Shown: positions 17,246 through 27,776, numbered from the stretch's first letter. The stretch: DNA of 64,000 nucleotides from Candidatus Hadarchaeales archaeon (GCA_038851075.1 JAWCLG010000001.1:1-64000); one strand, 5' to 3'. Notes: generated by a model from the letters alone, not told the origin. Made by a program: numbers and translations.

Positions 17246-19750
17246 TTGGGTGAGCAGTTGAACTACCGGCGGTGGCTCATCGTTGCGTACCTTCTGGTGC
17301 TGATGGGGATTGCCGCCTCAATTCTTCTAATCCCTGGGGAGAAGTATTCAACCCTTACAACTTCCGACAGCGGATGGGTATACACAAGCGCCCGTGAGAT
17401 AGACGAGCTCAACGGTATCCCTGAGAACAACCCTATCTCACACGCACCTTATGGGCTGGCGTTCGAGCAGGAGCAGCTACAACCGCTCGCCTCGGTAATG
17501 CTGTACCGCGGCGTGCGTTCCATAGTTCCGGGCATAGAACTTATGGATATCGTGAAGTACTGGGCACCTCTTCTTTTCGCGCTTTCCCTGATACCCATTT
17601 TTCTGATCGGCAGGGAGCTCGGCGGAGATTTGGCGGGATGCGCAGCAGCTTTCTTCGCAACGTTCATGATATCGACCATATACTGGAACAAGGTCGGGGC
17701 ATTTGACAGAGAGCCCATCCAGCTTCTCATCGGAGCATGGGCAATGTTTCTGACGATAAAGATGTTCAAGTATAAGGGGAAGGAGGCGTTGAAACTTGCC
17801 ATTCCGACAGGGATGGTTTACGGGCTTTATGCTCTCGCATGGGCCGGGTGGCATTACCTGATAGCCGTGCTTTTGATCGGGATTTTTGCGTTGTTGTTGC
17901 ACGAGTTAATCGCCAGAATTATCAGGCGCACGCGCGCCGTGAACCTGGAGTCCGTTTTGAAGGAAATATGGAGTGAACATGGAGCCGTTTTTCTTGCGTG
18001 CGTTTCCATGACAATCGTGATAACGGCCGTGATGGCCGCATATCTGGGCAGAGGTCCTGATTTCTGGGCAGATGCTTTCCGCACCTACTTCGGGTATCTT
18101 GGGATAGGGGCGGGCGGAGGCATATCCTTCCCGAGGTACGCCGGCGAGGCTCAGGCCCCTGGCTCTCTTTTCCAGACTGCGTCGGATTTCTACTCCAACA
18201 CCGCCATAACCTTTATTGTTTTTTCCCTGGTTGCGCTGGCAATACTGAAGTTTGCCTGGACCAGAAAACGCTGGGAAATCATAACTTTATCCTGGCTGCT
18301 TGTGCTGACGGCAATGGTCTGGCCAGGCGCGGGTCAGGCCAGATTTGAAAGACTTGGCTGGGCTTTTGTTCCGGCCATGGCAGGGGTTGGGGTTTCCGCA
18401 CTTGTTTCGTTAATCAAAAAGGAATCTTTTGGTGATCATTTTCCGTATCTTAAAAAACTGTACAATCCAATCCTGGGCGCTGCGATTCTCGTGCTTGTCG
18501 GTCTGGGTTTTGCGTCGAACGCGTACCACATTGCCGGCAGGACCACCCCTCCGACAGAGTGGAGATTCGTCGGGCTAGATTCAGGATTCAACGATGCGTT
18601 CCAGTGGATAAAAGAGAACACACCTGAAAACTGCGTGGTTGCCGTTGAGTGGTCGTTCGGACATCTTGTCGGAGGAGCCACGCACAGGATGACAGTCTGC
18701 GACGGTGCTGAAGTTGTCAGGGAGGAAGGAACGTGGGAAAACGAAAGATCAGGACCTCTCCCTCCAGATTACATCTATTACGTTGATGAGAAGGAAGCCA
18801 AAATGTACGGCATAAATGTCCCCAGAAAGTCGTATGGGATAAACGGAAGGAGAACCGATGTGCAGTGGATGCCGTACATGGAGCCCGAGGAGTTCGGCTG
18901 GTTGCTGAAAACATACAGGGAAAACTACGGAGTAAAAATAGACTACATCCTGTTGACATACGAGGACTACTACGGGGCATACAGTTACTATCAAAGCGCC
19001 ATGCCGGCGAACATTCTTCTCAGGGCAAACAGGTTAAAGACTCCAAACAGGCTGGTTCCGACTTTTCAGGAGGGGAGCGTCTACAGGTACGACTTCGGAG
19101 AAAACAGGGAATACGTGATGCTTGACACGAGCTCAAACAGGGTGTATCTGAGCGCAGGTGGAGAAAATCTGACCATGGACGGGTACGCGATTATGAAAGT
19201 TAATGATCAGGGGCAGATATCGGACTATGTCGGATTTTATCCACCGTCGGAGCCCGCCGCGATTCCCGAAACGCTCATACTGTTTTTGGATCAGTCCATG
19301 AACCCGATGACAGCATGGCTCGTTGAGGGCTGCTCGTCCCGGATAAGCGGACGTCCCATTCCCGTAGGACTGCAGGTTTTCGGAACAATGAATGGGATGG
19401 AATACGCCCGGGTGGTTTACACGAGCACCAACGGAATGGTCAAAATAGTTGAAATAAATCACTCGCCGAAGCTGATATCTCCGGCAGATGGTTCTGAGGT
19501 CGACGAAAACAGGCCAAGGCTGGAGTGGGCCGGAGCCCTGGGAGCCAGCATCTACAGAGTGATTATCGACGATGAAAGCGATTTCGTATCGCCCGTTTTG
19601 GAGCAGGAAGTTTCGGCCCGTGGATGGATGGTTCCGTCGCAGGAGCTGACGCCGGGCACATACCACTGGAAGGTCATTGCCGTCTACGACTCTGGCCAGG
19701 AAGAGGAAACCCAGACATGGAGATTCACGGTTTCTCCGGAAGGGGAGTAA
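17246..19750 (+). CDS. aglB: STT3/AglB-family GT-C glycosyltransferase with divergent WWDYG motif and C-terminal Fn3-like domain
   Basis: Many TMs; TSDSGW, SHAPYG, GAFDRE, QARF, AFQWIKENTPENCVVAVEWSFGH...RMTVCDG. Confidence 0.8.
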   Translation: MGEQLNYRRWLIVAYLLVLMGIAASILLIPGEKYSTLTTSDSGWVYTSAREIDELNGIPENNPISHAPYGLAFEQEQLQPLASVMLYRGVRSIVPGIELMDIVKYWAPLLFALSLIPIFLIGRELGGDLAGCAAAFFATFMISTIYWNKVGAFDREPIQLLIGAWAMFLTIKMFKYKGKEALKLAIPTGMVYGLYALAWAGWHYLIAVLLIGIFALLLHELIARIIRRTRAVNLESVLKEIWSEHGAVFLACVSMTIVITAVMAAYLGRGPDFWADAFRTYFGYLGIGAGGGISFPRYAGEAQAPGSLFQTASDFYSNTAITFIVFSLVALAILKFAWTRKRWEIITLSWLLVLTAMVWPGAGQARFERLGWAFVPAMAGVGVSALVSLIKKESFGDHFPYLKKLYNPILGAAILVLVGLGFASNAYHIAGRTTPPTEWRFVGLDSGFNDAFQWIKENTPENCVVAVEWSFGHLVGGATHRMTVCDGAEVVREEGTWENERSGPLPPDYIYYVDEKEAKMYGINVPRKSYGINGRRTDVQWMPYMEPEEFGWLLKTYRENYGVKIDYILLTYEDYYGAYSYYQSAMPANILLRANRLKTPNRLVPTFQEGSVYRYDFGENREYVMLDTSSNRVYLSAGGENLTMDGYAIMKVNDQGQISDYVGFYPPSEPAAIPETLILFLDQSMNPMTAWLVEGCSSRISGRPIPVGLQVFGTMNGMEYARVVYTSTNGMVKIVEINHSPKLISPADGSEVDENRPRLEWAGALGASIYRVIIDDESDFVSPVLEQEVSARGWMVPSQELTPGTYHWKVIAVYDSGQEEETQTWRFTVSPEGE

Positions 19751-21022
19751 ATGCAACCGCCTCGAGGAACGAGAGACCTTTTCGGCACCGAGCTGAAATC
19801 CATCCGCCACGTAACGGAGGTGATGCGAAAAGTTTTTGAAAAGTACGGGTTCAATGAGGTTGAAACTCCGATTTTCGAGGACGTCGAACTGTTCACAAAG
19901 AAGAGCGGAAGCAGCGTTGTTGGCCAGCTTTACGTTTTCAAGGATAAGTCCGGAAGAGAACTTGCTCTGAGGCCTGAGCTGACGGCCCCGGTCGTCAGGC
20001 TGTACATCCACAGCCTCAAGAACCTCCCAAAACCGCTGAAGCTATTTTACTTCGGCCCGTGCTTCAGATACGAGGAGCCGCAGGCGAACAGATGGAGGCA
20101 GTTCACGCAGTCCGGGGTGGAGATAATCGGGTCGAAGAGCCCTGAGGCGGATGCGGAGGTTCTGGCTCTTTCATGTGAGATAATGGAATCCCTCGGGATA
20201 AAATTCAGGGCGCGCGTCGGAAACGTGATGATTCTGAGGGAATTGCTTTCCGGTTGCGGGGTGGATGAGACCCTTCAGGATCCGATTCTCAGGGCGATCG
20301 ACTCCGGTGATGGTGAGAGGATACGCAGAGAGCTCACCGAAGCCGGAGTTGAGGGTAAAAACGCAGACCTGGTCCTCAGGATATCTTCGATCGGTGGTAA
20401 AAGAGATGTCCTCAGGAGCGCGGTGTCCGCCCTCAGGGATCATCCTGGAGCACTGAAGGCGATTGAAGACCTCACTGACATAATTGACAGGTTCGAGCGC
20501 CTTTCCCCACAGGACATTGAGGTAGATCTCGGAATAGCGCGTGGGCTTGACTACTACACCGGATTCGTGTTTGAGATGTACTCCGGAGGAATACAGCTGG
20601 CCGGAGGCGGGAGGTATGATGACCTCGTATCGACGCTCGGAGGACCCGACACCCCTGCTGTGGGGGCAGGTTTCGGCGTCGACAGGACAGCGAAGATATA
20701 TATTGACTCAGGAGGTGCCGCACCTCCGGAAGCCCCAGGCGTGCTCGTATTGTCAGCAGACGAGGAGAGTCTCGAGCGCGTCCTGAGAATAGCATCAGAT
20801 CTCAGGAGGGCCGGCATACGCACCGTCACAGACCTTATGGGGCGAAAACTGGCAAAGGCGATGTCATATGCAAACTCGGCCGGCTACGATTGGGTCATCA
20901 TAGCTGGCAGGAAAGAACTATCCGAAGACAGGGTTTCGTTGAAAAACATGAAAACGGGCAAACAGACAGCGGTGAGCATCAGCAGGCTGCAGGCCGTGAT
21001 TTCGGAAACTCAGAATTTGTAG
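19751..21022 (+). CDS. hisS: Histidine--tRNA ligase
   Basis: PRGTRD, LALRPELTAP, FRYEEPQANRWRQFTQ, ARGLDYYTG, GGGRYD. Confidence 0.97.
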   Translation: MQPPRGTRDLFGTELKSIRHVTEVMRKVFEKYGFNEVETPIFEDVELFTKKSGSSVVGQLYVFKDKSGRELALRPELTAPVVRLYIHSLKNLPKPLKLFYFGPCFRYEEPQANRWRQFTQSGVEIIGSKSPEADAEVLALSCEIMESLGIKFRARVGNVMILRELLSGCGVDETLQDPILRAIDSGDGERIRRELTEAGVEGKNADLVLRISSIGGKRDVLRSAVSALRDHPGALKAIEDLTDIIDRFERLSPQDIEVDLGIARGLDYYTGFVFEMYSGGIQLAGGGRYDDLVSTLGGPDTPAVGAGFGVDRTAKIYIDSGGAAPPEAPGVLVLSADEESLERVLRIASDLRRAGIRTVTDLMGRKLAKAMSYANSAGYDWVIIAGRKELSEDRVSLKNMKTGKQTAVSISRLQAVISETQNL

Positions 21023-21843
21023 CCGAGCTGCTCAAACACCCTTCTCATTTTCAGAGAGTCCTGCTCGAGCACCGGGGACTCGGATATGATCGTTATGCCG
21101 ATGTCCCTTCTCATGATCTCCTCAGCGAGCGGGCGGAAGGGAGGAGTGTCGAACTCAATCGGGAGGTGGCGTTTCTCGTTCCCCTGCCCCTCAACCTTTG
21201 CAGGCGACCACTCCATCGAGGTGAAGTGGCAGTGCAGGTTCTCTATCCCCAGCGGCTTCACTTTCGCGAATATCTCACGATAATCTATCCTGCCACCCTG
21301 CCTCGCCCAGATGTGAGCGAAATCCACGACCGGCTCGCAACCCTTCAGCACCTCACACAAGTCCACGATCTCATCAAGTGTACCGAATGCGCTGACCTTT
21401 CCTGTTGTCTCAAGCCCGAGCTTCACCTCTCTGATGCCTGCAGACCTCATTCTCCTCAGCATGTCTGCGCATGATTCCTTGACTGCTTCGAATGCTTCCT
21501 CGAGAGACAGATTCCCGTAGTAACCCGGATGGAACACTGCAATGGTGGCCTTCATCTGATGCGCGCGCTGCACCGAGTCCAGTATCCTCTTTTTGGAAGC
21601 TTCGAGTTTTTTTGCATCAGATGTGCACAGGTTCACGAAGTAGGGACAGTGAACCGAGAGTCTCACACCGAGATCAGCTGCAACCCTCCCCACCTCCTTT
21701 GCCGTGTCTGCACCCATCGAGACGCCGCGGACGAACTCAACCTCCATCGCGTTGAGCCCAAGCTCCGCGACCTTCTTAACACCGCCCACTGTGCTTCCGT
21801 CATCGCTGGATATGGGAACCCCTGCCGGACCAAGGAATATCAT
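21010..21843 (-). CDS. nfo: Archaeal endonuclease IV family TIM-barrel AP endonuclease
   Basis: GPAGVP, EVEFVRGV, SVHCPYFVNL, FHPGYY, ETTGK, DFAHIWAR, HCHF, ISESP. Confidence 0.9.
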   Translation of the reverse strand: MIFLGPAGVPISSDDGSTVGGVKKVAELGLNAMEVEFVRGVSMGADTAKEVGRVAADLGVRLSVHCPYFVNLCTSDAKKLEASKKRILDSVQRAHQMKATIAVFHPGYYGNLSLEEAFEAVKESCADMLRRMRSAGIREVKLGLETTGKVSAFGTLDEIVDLCEVLKGCEPVVDFAHIWARQGGRIDYREIFAKVKPLGIENLHCHFTSMEWSPAKVEGQGNEKRHLPIEFDTPPFRPLAEEIMRRDIGITIISESPVLEQDSLKMRRVFEQLGYKF

Positions 21844-21887
21844 GATGCACCAAACTAATTTATGGGCAGAGGCAAAAACCCTTTGGG

Positions 21888-22490
21888 GTGAAATTGCTAA
21901 ACCGCCTGAGGAAAAGCGCGCAGAGAGTGATTGATCCGATCGGCAGGGTCATCTCGCGGTCCGGAATCAGCCCGAACGCGCTCACTTGCCTTGGCCTCGC
22001 TTTTTCCGCCGCTGCAGCGTATCTCTTCTGGCAGGGTTATCAGCTACTGGCGGGGCTGGCGCTGCTGGTGGGAGGAGTTTTTGATATACTGGATGGGGCG
22101 GTCGCGAGGGCTTCAGGGAGGACAACAAATTTCGGAGGATTTTTTGATTCTACCGTTGACAGGTACGCGGACCTCCTGATATTCTCCGGAATCATACTTG
22201 GTTTTCGGTCCGGCAGGATAGCGGAGGAAAGCTTCATGACAGGGCTGGGGGTCCCGATCGGTCTCGTGGCGCTGTCCGGAAGTCTGATGGTGAGCTACGT
22301 GAGGGCGAGAGCCGAGTCGGCCGGAAGCGGCAGGCTGGACGTCGGAATAATGGAAAGGGCTGAGAGGCTTATCATATTGGGGATCGGTGCGCTGCTGTCT
22401 TTGACCGGATATTCGATAGTCATAATCGCTGTGCTCACACACATCACGGTAATTCACAGGATAATCGTGGCCAGAAGGAGACTGGGCTAG
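21888..22490 (+). CDS. CDP-alcohol phosphatidyltransferase, probable archaetidylinositol phosphate synthase
   Basis: SPNALT, DILDGAVAR...GGFFDSTVDRYAD, SYVRARAE, ERAERL; close to ino1. Confidence 0.88.
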   Translation: MKLLNRLRKSAQRVIDPIGRVISRSGISPNALTCLGLAFSAAAAYLFWQGYQLLAGLALLVGGVFDILDGAVARASGRTTNFGGFFDSTVDRYADLLIFSGIILGFRSGRIAEESFMTGLGVPIGLVALSGSLMVSYVRARAESAGSGRLDVGIMERAERLIILGIGALLSLTGYSIVIIAVLTHITVIHRIIVARRRLG

Positions 22491-22801
22491 GACGTGAGCT
22501 TTACGTACATCTCCTTTATGTACTTCAGCCCCTCCTCCAGCAGCTCCTCTCCCTTCTTCGTTATCTTGTAGTATTTTCTAGCAGGCCGCCCGCGCTGCTC
22601 CTTCCATTCCATCGTCACGTAGCCCTTCCTCTGCAGGTTGTACAGCACGACGTATGACGTCACCGTTGCGGGCTTCCAGCCGAATCTCCTCTTTATCTCC
22701 TGCTGCAGCTCGTACCCGTACATGGGGCGCTCCTTGAGCAGCTTCAGGAAATACGGCCAGAGCATCTCCGAGGTGGTCTTTTTTCTGAGCCTTGCGACCA
22801 T
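22487..22801 (-). CDS. PadR family transcriptional regulator
   Basis: [19 protein letters not shown]...[16 protein letters not shown]. Confidence 0.92.
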   Translation of the reverse strand: MVARLRKKTTSEMLWPYFLKLLKERPMYGYELQQEIKRRFGWKPATVTSYVVLYNLQRKGYVTMEWKEQRGRPARKYYKITKKGEELLEEGLKYIKEMYVKLTS

Positions 22802-22853
22802 CCAAAACCCCCTATGGAATGGTCCGCAAGCTTTAAATACTTTATGAAAAGAT

Positions 22854-22874
22854 ATATTTCAAAGTTTGAAATAT
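22854..22874. promoter_or_regulatory. Palindromic operator candidate between padR and ino1
   Basis: ATATTTCAAA-G-TTTGAAATAT perfect 10-bp inverted repeat just downstream of TTTAAATA (22832-22839); a second palindrome GAGATATCTC at 22883-22892. Confidence 0.6.
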
Positions 22875-22894
22875 CACAAACGGAGATATCTCGT

Positions 22895-23962
22895 ATGATA
22901 AATGTGGCGATAGTCGGAGTGGGGAACTGCGCTTCGTCCCTCATTCAGGGAGTACACTACTACAGGGATGCCCGGGAAGACCAGTTCGTGCCCGGGCTGA
23001 TGCATGTCAACTTTAAGGGATATCACATAAGTGACATCAAGTTCGTTGCGGCCTTTGACGTCGACGCCAACAAGGTCGGCAAAGACCTGGGTGAGGCGAT
23101 ATTCACGCCGCCCAACTGCACGGCGAAGTTCTGCGATGTGCCGAAGCTTGGGGTTGAGGTGATGAAGGGGCCGGTGCTTGACGGGCTCGGCAAGTACCTA
23201 AAGCCGGTGATTCCTGTAGATCCGACTCAGGAGCCCGTTGATGTTGCGCGTGTTCTCGAAGAAAAAAATGTCGATGTTCTGATAAGCTATCTTCCTGTCG
23301 GGAGCTACCAGGCATCGCGCTTTTATGCCGAGCAGGCTCTGAAGGCAGGATGCGGGTACATAAACTGCATTCCGGAGTTCATAGTCTCCAGCAGGGAGTG
23401 GGGGAAGAGATTCGAGGATGCCGGGCTGCCATGCGCCGGCGATGACATAAAATCCCAGGTTGGCGCCACCATTCTCCACAGGACGCTCGCGAAGCTTCTC
23501 ATTGACCGCGGGGTGAAGCTCGAGGAGAGCTACCAGCTGAACATCGGAGGGAACACTGATTTCCTCAACATGCTGGAGGAGGAGCGCCTGAGCTCCAAGC
23601 GAATAAGCAAGACTGAGGCCGTGGCGAGCCAGGTTCCGTACGAGGTTCCGCTGAGGATTGGTCCCAGCGACTATGTGCCGTTCCTTAAGGACAACAAGGT
23701 GTGCTACATACACATGCGCGGAAGAAAGTTCGGCGATATCCCGCTCACGATCGATGTAAAGCTCTCTGTGGAGGACTCTCCGAACAGCGCGGGGGTCGTG
23801 ATTGACGCGATCAGGGCGGTTAAGCTCGCAGCGGATCGAGGCATAGGCGGTCCGCTCATCGGCGTCTCGGCATACTTCTTTAAGCATCCCCCGGTGCAGA
23901 TGTCGGATAGTGAGGCAAAGCAGGCTGTTGAGGACTTTATCGCGGGAAGGAGGAAGAATTGA
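22895..23962 (+). CDS. ino1: myo-inositol-1-phosphate synthase
   Basis: [51 protein letters not shown]. Confidence 0.96.
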   Translation: MINVAIVGVGNCASSLIQGVHYYRDAREDQFVPGLMHVNFKGYHISDIKFVAAFDVDANKVGKDLGEAIFTPPNCTAKFCDVPKLGVEVMKGPVLDGLGKYLKPVIPVDPTQEPVDVARVLEEKNVDVLISYLPVGSYQASRFYAEQALKAGCGYINCIPEFIVSSREWGKRFEDAGLPCAGDDIKSQVGATILHRTLAKLLIDRGVKLEESYQLNIGGNTDFLNMLEEERLSSKRISKTEAVASQVPYEVPLRIGPSDYVPFLKDNKVCYIHMRGRKFGDIPLTIDVKLSVEDSPNSAGVVIDAIRAVKLAADRGIGGPLIGVSAYFFKHPPVQMSDSEAKQAVEDFIAGRRKN

Positions 23963-24867
23963 TGGTGGAGGAATACGTTCCGGACTATGTGGTGATGGGG
24001 CACATCGCCATAGACACGAACAGGTTCCCCCAGGGCGTGATTGAAAGTATGCTCGGAGGGGCGCCGACCTATACCGGTTTCGCGCTCGCATCCATGGGAA
24101 GGAAGGTTGGAGTAGTGAGCAAGGTCGGAGTGGACTTCACTGAAATGTTCCCTCCGATTTATGGAAAGCTCGGCGTTGACACAGAAGGGCTTTTGGTGTC
24201 CGGGGAGCACACGACAGCTTTTGAGAACATATATGATGAACGCGGAAACAGGCGGCAGTTCTGCAGACACATAGCTCCCCCGCTGAATCCTGAGGATATT
24301 CCCAGCAGCTATCTGCGGGCAAAGGGATTCTACATCTCTCCTCTCCTGAACGAAGTGCCGCCGGAAACCCTCAGGGCGCTGGCAAAAAAGACGATGATCA
24401 TCATGGACCCTCAGGGCCTTTTCAGAAGGGTCGAGCCCGACGGAAGCGTGAGCATACGAAAGGACGTCGATCTGAAGCCATATCTTGAAAACGTGGATGT
24501 GGTGAAAATCGGAAAGGACGAGGCAAAGCTCGTGATGGACAATCCTGAATATCTTCTGAAAAAGCTCTGCAGCATGGGGCCAGGTGTCGCCATACTCACT
24601 ATGGGGGAAGATCCCGTGTTTCTTTTTCACGATGGAAAGATGCACACGATCAACACGCTGAAGGTTAACCCAACAGATGTTACCGGTGCGGGTGACGTTT
24701 TCGGCGGGGCGTTTATGGTCCGGTACGCCGAGACACGTGACCCGGTCGCATCCGCAAGGTTCGCCTGTGCGGCGGCCGGGCTCAAAATAAGGTACCGCGG
24801 ACCAACCGGATTTCCGTCATACAGCGAAGCAATAAATGCGGTTTCTGCGGTAGCAGGTTATAAATAG
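23962..24867 (+). CDS. PfkB/ribokinase family kinase, possibly inositol kinase
   Basis: GGAPTY, VDVVKIG, DVTGAGDVFGG; coupled to ino1. Confidence 0.88.
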   Translation: MVEEYVPDYVVMGHIAIDTNRFPQGVIESMLGGAPTYTGFALASMGRKVGVVSKVGVDFTEMFPPIYGKLGVDTEGLLVSGEHTTAFENIYDERGNRRQFCRHIAPPLNPEDIPSSYLRAKGFYISPLLNEVPPETLRALAKKTMIIMDPQGLFRRVEPDGSVSIRKDVDLKPYLENVDVVKIGKDEAKLVMDNPEYLLKKLCSMGPGVAILTMGEDPVFLFHDGKMHTINTLKVNPTDVTGAGDVFGGAFMVRYAETRDPVASARFACAAAGLKIRYRGPTGFPSYSEAINAVSAVAGYK

Positions 24868-24901
24868 GAAGATTTTTAAGAATATTTTTGGTGTAACTCA
24901 A

Positions 24902-25738
24902 TTGCCGCGTTATAGAATTGTCAAAAAGTTGCCAAGGAGACCCAAACGCGGACGCGTAGTGGCTATAAAGAGAAAAAACAGGCTTATAATCTTCAGGGCC
25001 CTCAGCACCGCCGGCAGGTGGAAGATAATAGGCAACATTCCTGCCAGACGTCCGAGAAGAAAGAGAGCCAGGCCTAGAGTGAGAACGAGGCTTGTGAGGG
25101 TTGAGCGGGAGAGAGTGCGTGAGAGGGTGGTCCCGGTGAGAGTTTCGGAGCCCGGGACCCCGCAGGTCATAGTAATGGAAAAGGAAAAACCGCTTGCCAA
25201 CTCCATGCCGCTGGGAATGGTCGCTCTCGGCATAACAACGGTGTTTTTAAGCCTGTTCAATGCCGGCGTGCTGAACGCATCCGGTCTCGGCGTCCTGATG
25301 GTCACCTTCATATTTTACGGAGGGGTCGTCCAGATAATCGCAGGATCAATGGAGTTCAAGAGAGGCAGCACGTTCGGCACGGTCGCATTCTGTTCGTATG
25401 GGGCATTCTGGATGGGAACCGCTGCCCTCAACATACTCCCGATCCTAAACCTGGCACAGCCGGCAGGAGCAATTGCCATGGGATTCTACTACATGATCTG
25501 GGGCATACTTTCAATCTATCTGTTCATACTGTCCCTGAGGCTGACTGAGGTCATGCAGGCGGTTTTCTTCACGCTTTCCGTTATGTTCTGTCTTCTCACA
25601 ATAGCGAACTTCACGGGCATCGGAGCGATAACCGTGATAGCCGGCGGAGAGGGGATATTCAGCGGATTTTTGACTGTTTATCTCGCGCTTGCCGAGGCTG
25701 TGAACGATATTGAAAAGAGGATGGTACTGCCAACCTGA
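24902..25738 (+). CDS. GPR1/FUN34/YaaH (SatP) acetate uptake transporter with basic N-terminal extension
   Basis: LANSMPLG (cf. NPAPLG), FYGGVVQIIAG, TFGTVAFCSYGAFW; six TMs. Confidence 0.85.
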   Translation: MPRYRIVKKLPRRPKRGRVVAIKRKNRLIIFRALSTAGRWKIIGNIPARRPRRKRARPRVRTRLVRVERERVRERVVPVRVSEPGTPQVIVMEKEKPLANSMPLGMVALGITTVFLSLFNAGVLNASGLGVLMVTFIFYGGVVQIIAGSMEFKRGSTFGTVAFCSYGAFWMGTAALNILPILNLAQPAGAIAMGFYYMIWGILSIYLFILSLRLTEVMQAVFFTLSVMFCLLTIANFTGIGAITVIAGGEGIFSGFLTVYLALAEAVNDIEKRMVLPT

Positions 25739-25748
25739 AAGGAAATGT

Positions 25749-27179
25749 TCAATAGGTCCTCGCGATAAGTGCGAAAAACTCGGCTTTCTTCGAGCACACG
25801 GGGCACATTTTGCCGTTCGGTCTGTTCTCGAGTTCTTCACCCAGAACCGTGCCTCCTGTTTTTTCTCCAAGACTCACGCCGCATGACTCCCCACCGCACC
25901 ATGGAATCCGCACAATCCCTCCCCGTGCATCAATAATTCTCTTCGCCTCTTCGACGTCGTGGAGCTCCACCACCCTCTCGTTGAAAAATCTCCATGCCCT
26001 CTGTTTGAGATTTTCCTCCACATCTTCCAGCAGAGATGTCACTTGCACAGGCAGGTCTTCGAGGGGCAGAGGTACGTGCTCACCCGTGTCCCTTCTGACC
26101 GCGGTGACCCTACCGGTGGCCACTTCTTCCGGGCCGATTTCTATTCTCAGAGGAACTCCGTGTCTGTCCCAGTGGTAGTACTTCCATCCCGGTCTTGCAT
26201 CTCCTGCATCCAGAATGACCCTCAGACCGACGTTCTTAAGTGAGCCGGAGACCTTCTCCGCCGCAGATATCGTCTGACCGTCATCCCCGCTGAACTGCAC
26301 CGGTATGACCACCACCTGAACCGGAGCCACCTTCGGAGGATAGCACGGACCGATGTCGTCTCCGTGGCACATTATCACCGCCGCAACCGCGCGCTCGGAT
26401 ATGCCGTAGCAGGTCTGGTACGCGTGCTCATGGGAACCGTCCTGTTTTTCGAACTTTATGTCATAAACCTTAGAAAAGTTCTGACCTAGGTTGTGCACCG
26501 TTCCTATCTGCAGCGTTCTCCCATCCGGTGCAAGGGTGTCAAACGCTATTGAGTACACCGCGCCGGCGAACTTGTCCCAGTTCGGTCTTTTTGTTATCAC
26601 ATATGGCACCCCGAGATCATCGAAAAATTTCCTGTATACCGACACCGCCTCCTTCACCTGTTTTTCAGCGTCTTCCATTGACTCGTGCACGGTGTGGGCC
26701 TCCTTGAACGTCGTGACCTCCCTCAGCCTAACGAGAGGCTTGGTCATCTTGGTCTCGTACCTGAAGATGTTGACCACCTGATAAACCTTGAGAGGGAGGT
26801 CAGCGTGCGATCTGACCCAGAGCGAGAACATCGGATATATTGAAGTTTCTGATGTCGGGCGGAGGGCAAGTCTTATGTCGAGCCTGTCTTTTCCACCGTG
26901 GGTCACCCAGTAAACCTGGTCTTCAAACCCCCTGATGTGCTCCGCCTCCTTATTGAAAAGGTCCTCCGGAATGAGCAGCGGAAAGAGAACTTCCCTGTGC
27001 CCGGCTTCCTCGAGCAGCGAACGTATGATCGAGAAAACACGGTTTCTCAGGTTGAGACCGTACGGGAGCCATACGTAGAGCCCCTTCACAGGATACCTCG
27101 TGTCCATTATCTCGGAGTTCCATATGGCCTCGTCAAACCATTCACTGAAGTTCTTCTTCCACTTTTCCCTATCAGCCAT
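25749..27179 (-). CDS. proS: Proline--tRNA ligase, archaeal/eukaryotic type
   Basis: [34 protein letters not shown]-terminal Zn site and ARTY. Confidence 0.97.
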   Translation of the reverse strand: MADREKWKKNFSEWFDEAIWNSEIMDTRYPVKGLYVWLPYGLNLRNRVFSIIRSLLEEAGHREVLFPLLIPEDLFNKEAEHIRGFEDQVYWVTHGGKDRLDIRLALRPTSETSIYPMFSLWVRSHADLPLKVYQVVNIFRYETKMTKPLVRLREVTTFKEAHTVHESMEDAEKQVKEAVSVYRKFFDDLGVPYVITKRPNWDKFAGAVYSIAFDTLAPDGRTLQIGTVHNLGQNFSKVYDIKFEKQDGSHEHAYQTCYGISERAVAAVIMCHGDDIGPCYPPKVAPVQVVVIPVQFSGDDGQTISAAEKVSGSLKNVGLRVILDAGDARPGWKYYHWDRHGVPLRIEIGPEEVATGRVTAVRRDTGEHVPLPLEDLPVQVTSLLEDVEENLKQRAWRFFNERVVELHDVEEAKRIIDARGGIVRIPWCGGESCGVSLGEKTGGTVLGEELENRPNGKMCPVCSKKAEFFALIARTY

Positions 27180-27283
27180 GTTGCCCCGGATGACTATTGT
27201 CTACTTTCTTTTTAACGTTCTTGACCTGGACTTTGGCCCATCCATAAACATTTAAAAACACGGTGCCAATAGTGATTGGTAGC

Positions 27284-27721
27284 ATGGCGCATGACAAAGA
27301 AATTCTCAAGGTACTGAAGGAGATAAAGGCTGTTCTCGAGCCGAAGCCGGCACCCCCTGCCCCGCCGGCGAAAAAGGGGATCAGGGCTGAGTTCACCGAA
27401 TTTATAAAGAAATACAAGGTGATGGGACTGGCGGTTGCATTCATCATGGGCGTTTATCTGGGTGCGCTCGTTCAATCTCTTGCCAAGGATTTGATACTGC
27501 CGCTCATCGGACTTGTGGTTCCGGGGCTGGGAAATCTGTCCACGCTGAAGATAGCGGTACCTCCGACCCCGCTTGATTCGCAGGGAAATCCCATAGACCC
27601 GACATGGAGCGGGCAGCTTTTCGGGATTGGGAGCTTCCTGTCAGCGCTCATAACATTTATCATAATCGCATTTGTTATCTTTCTGATAGTGAAAATTGCA
27701 AGCAAAAAGGGAATTGAGTAG
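27284..27721 (+). CDS. mscL: Large-conductance mechanosensitive channel MscL
   Basis: EFTEFIKKYKVMGLAVAFIMG...LVQSLAKDLILPLI; GSFLSALITFIIIAFVIFLIVK. Confidence 0.9.
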   Translation: MAHDKEILKVLKEIKAVLEPKPAPPAPPAKKGIRAEFTEFIKKYKVMGLAVAFIMGVYLGALVQSLAKDLILPLIGLVVPGLGNLSTLKIAVPPTPLDSQGNPIDPTWSGQLFGIGSFLSALITFIIIAFVIFLIVKIASKKGIE

Positions 27722-27776
27722 CACCCGAACGGTATTTTTAAACCACTGCCCCAATCCATAAGAATGGGGGAGAGCA

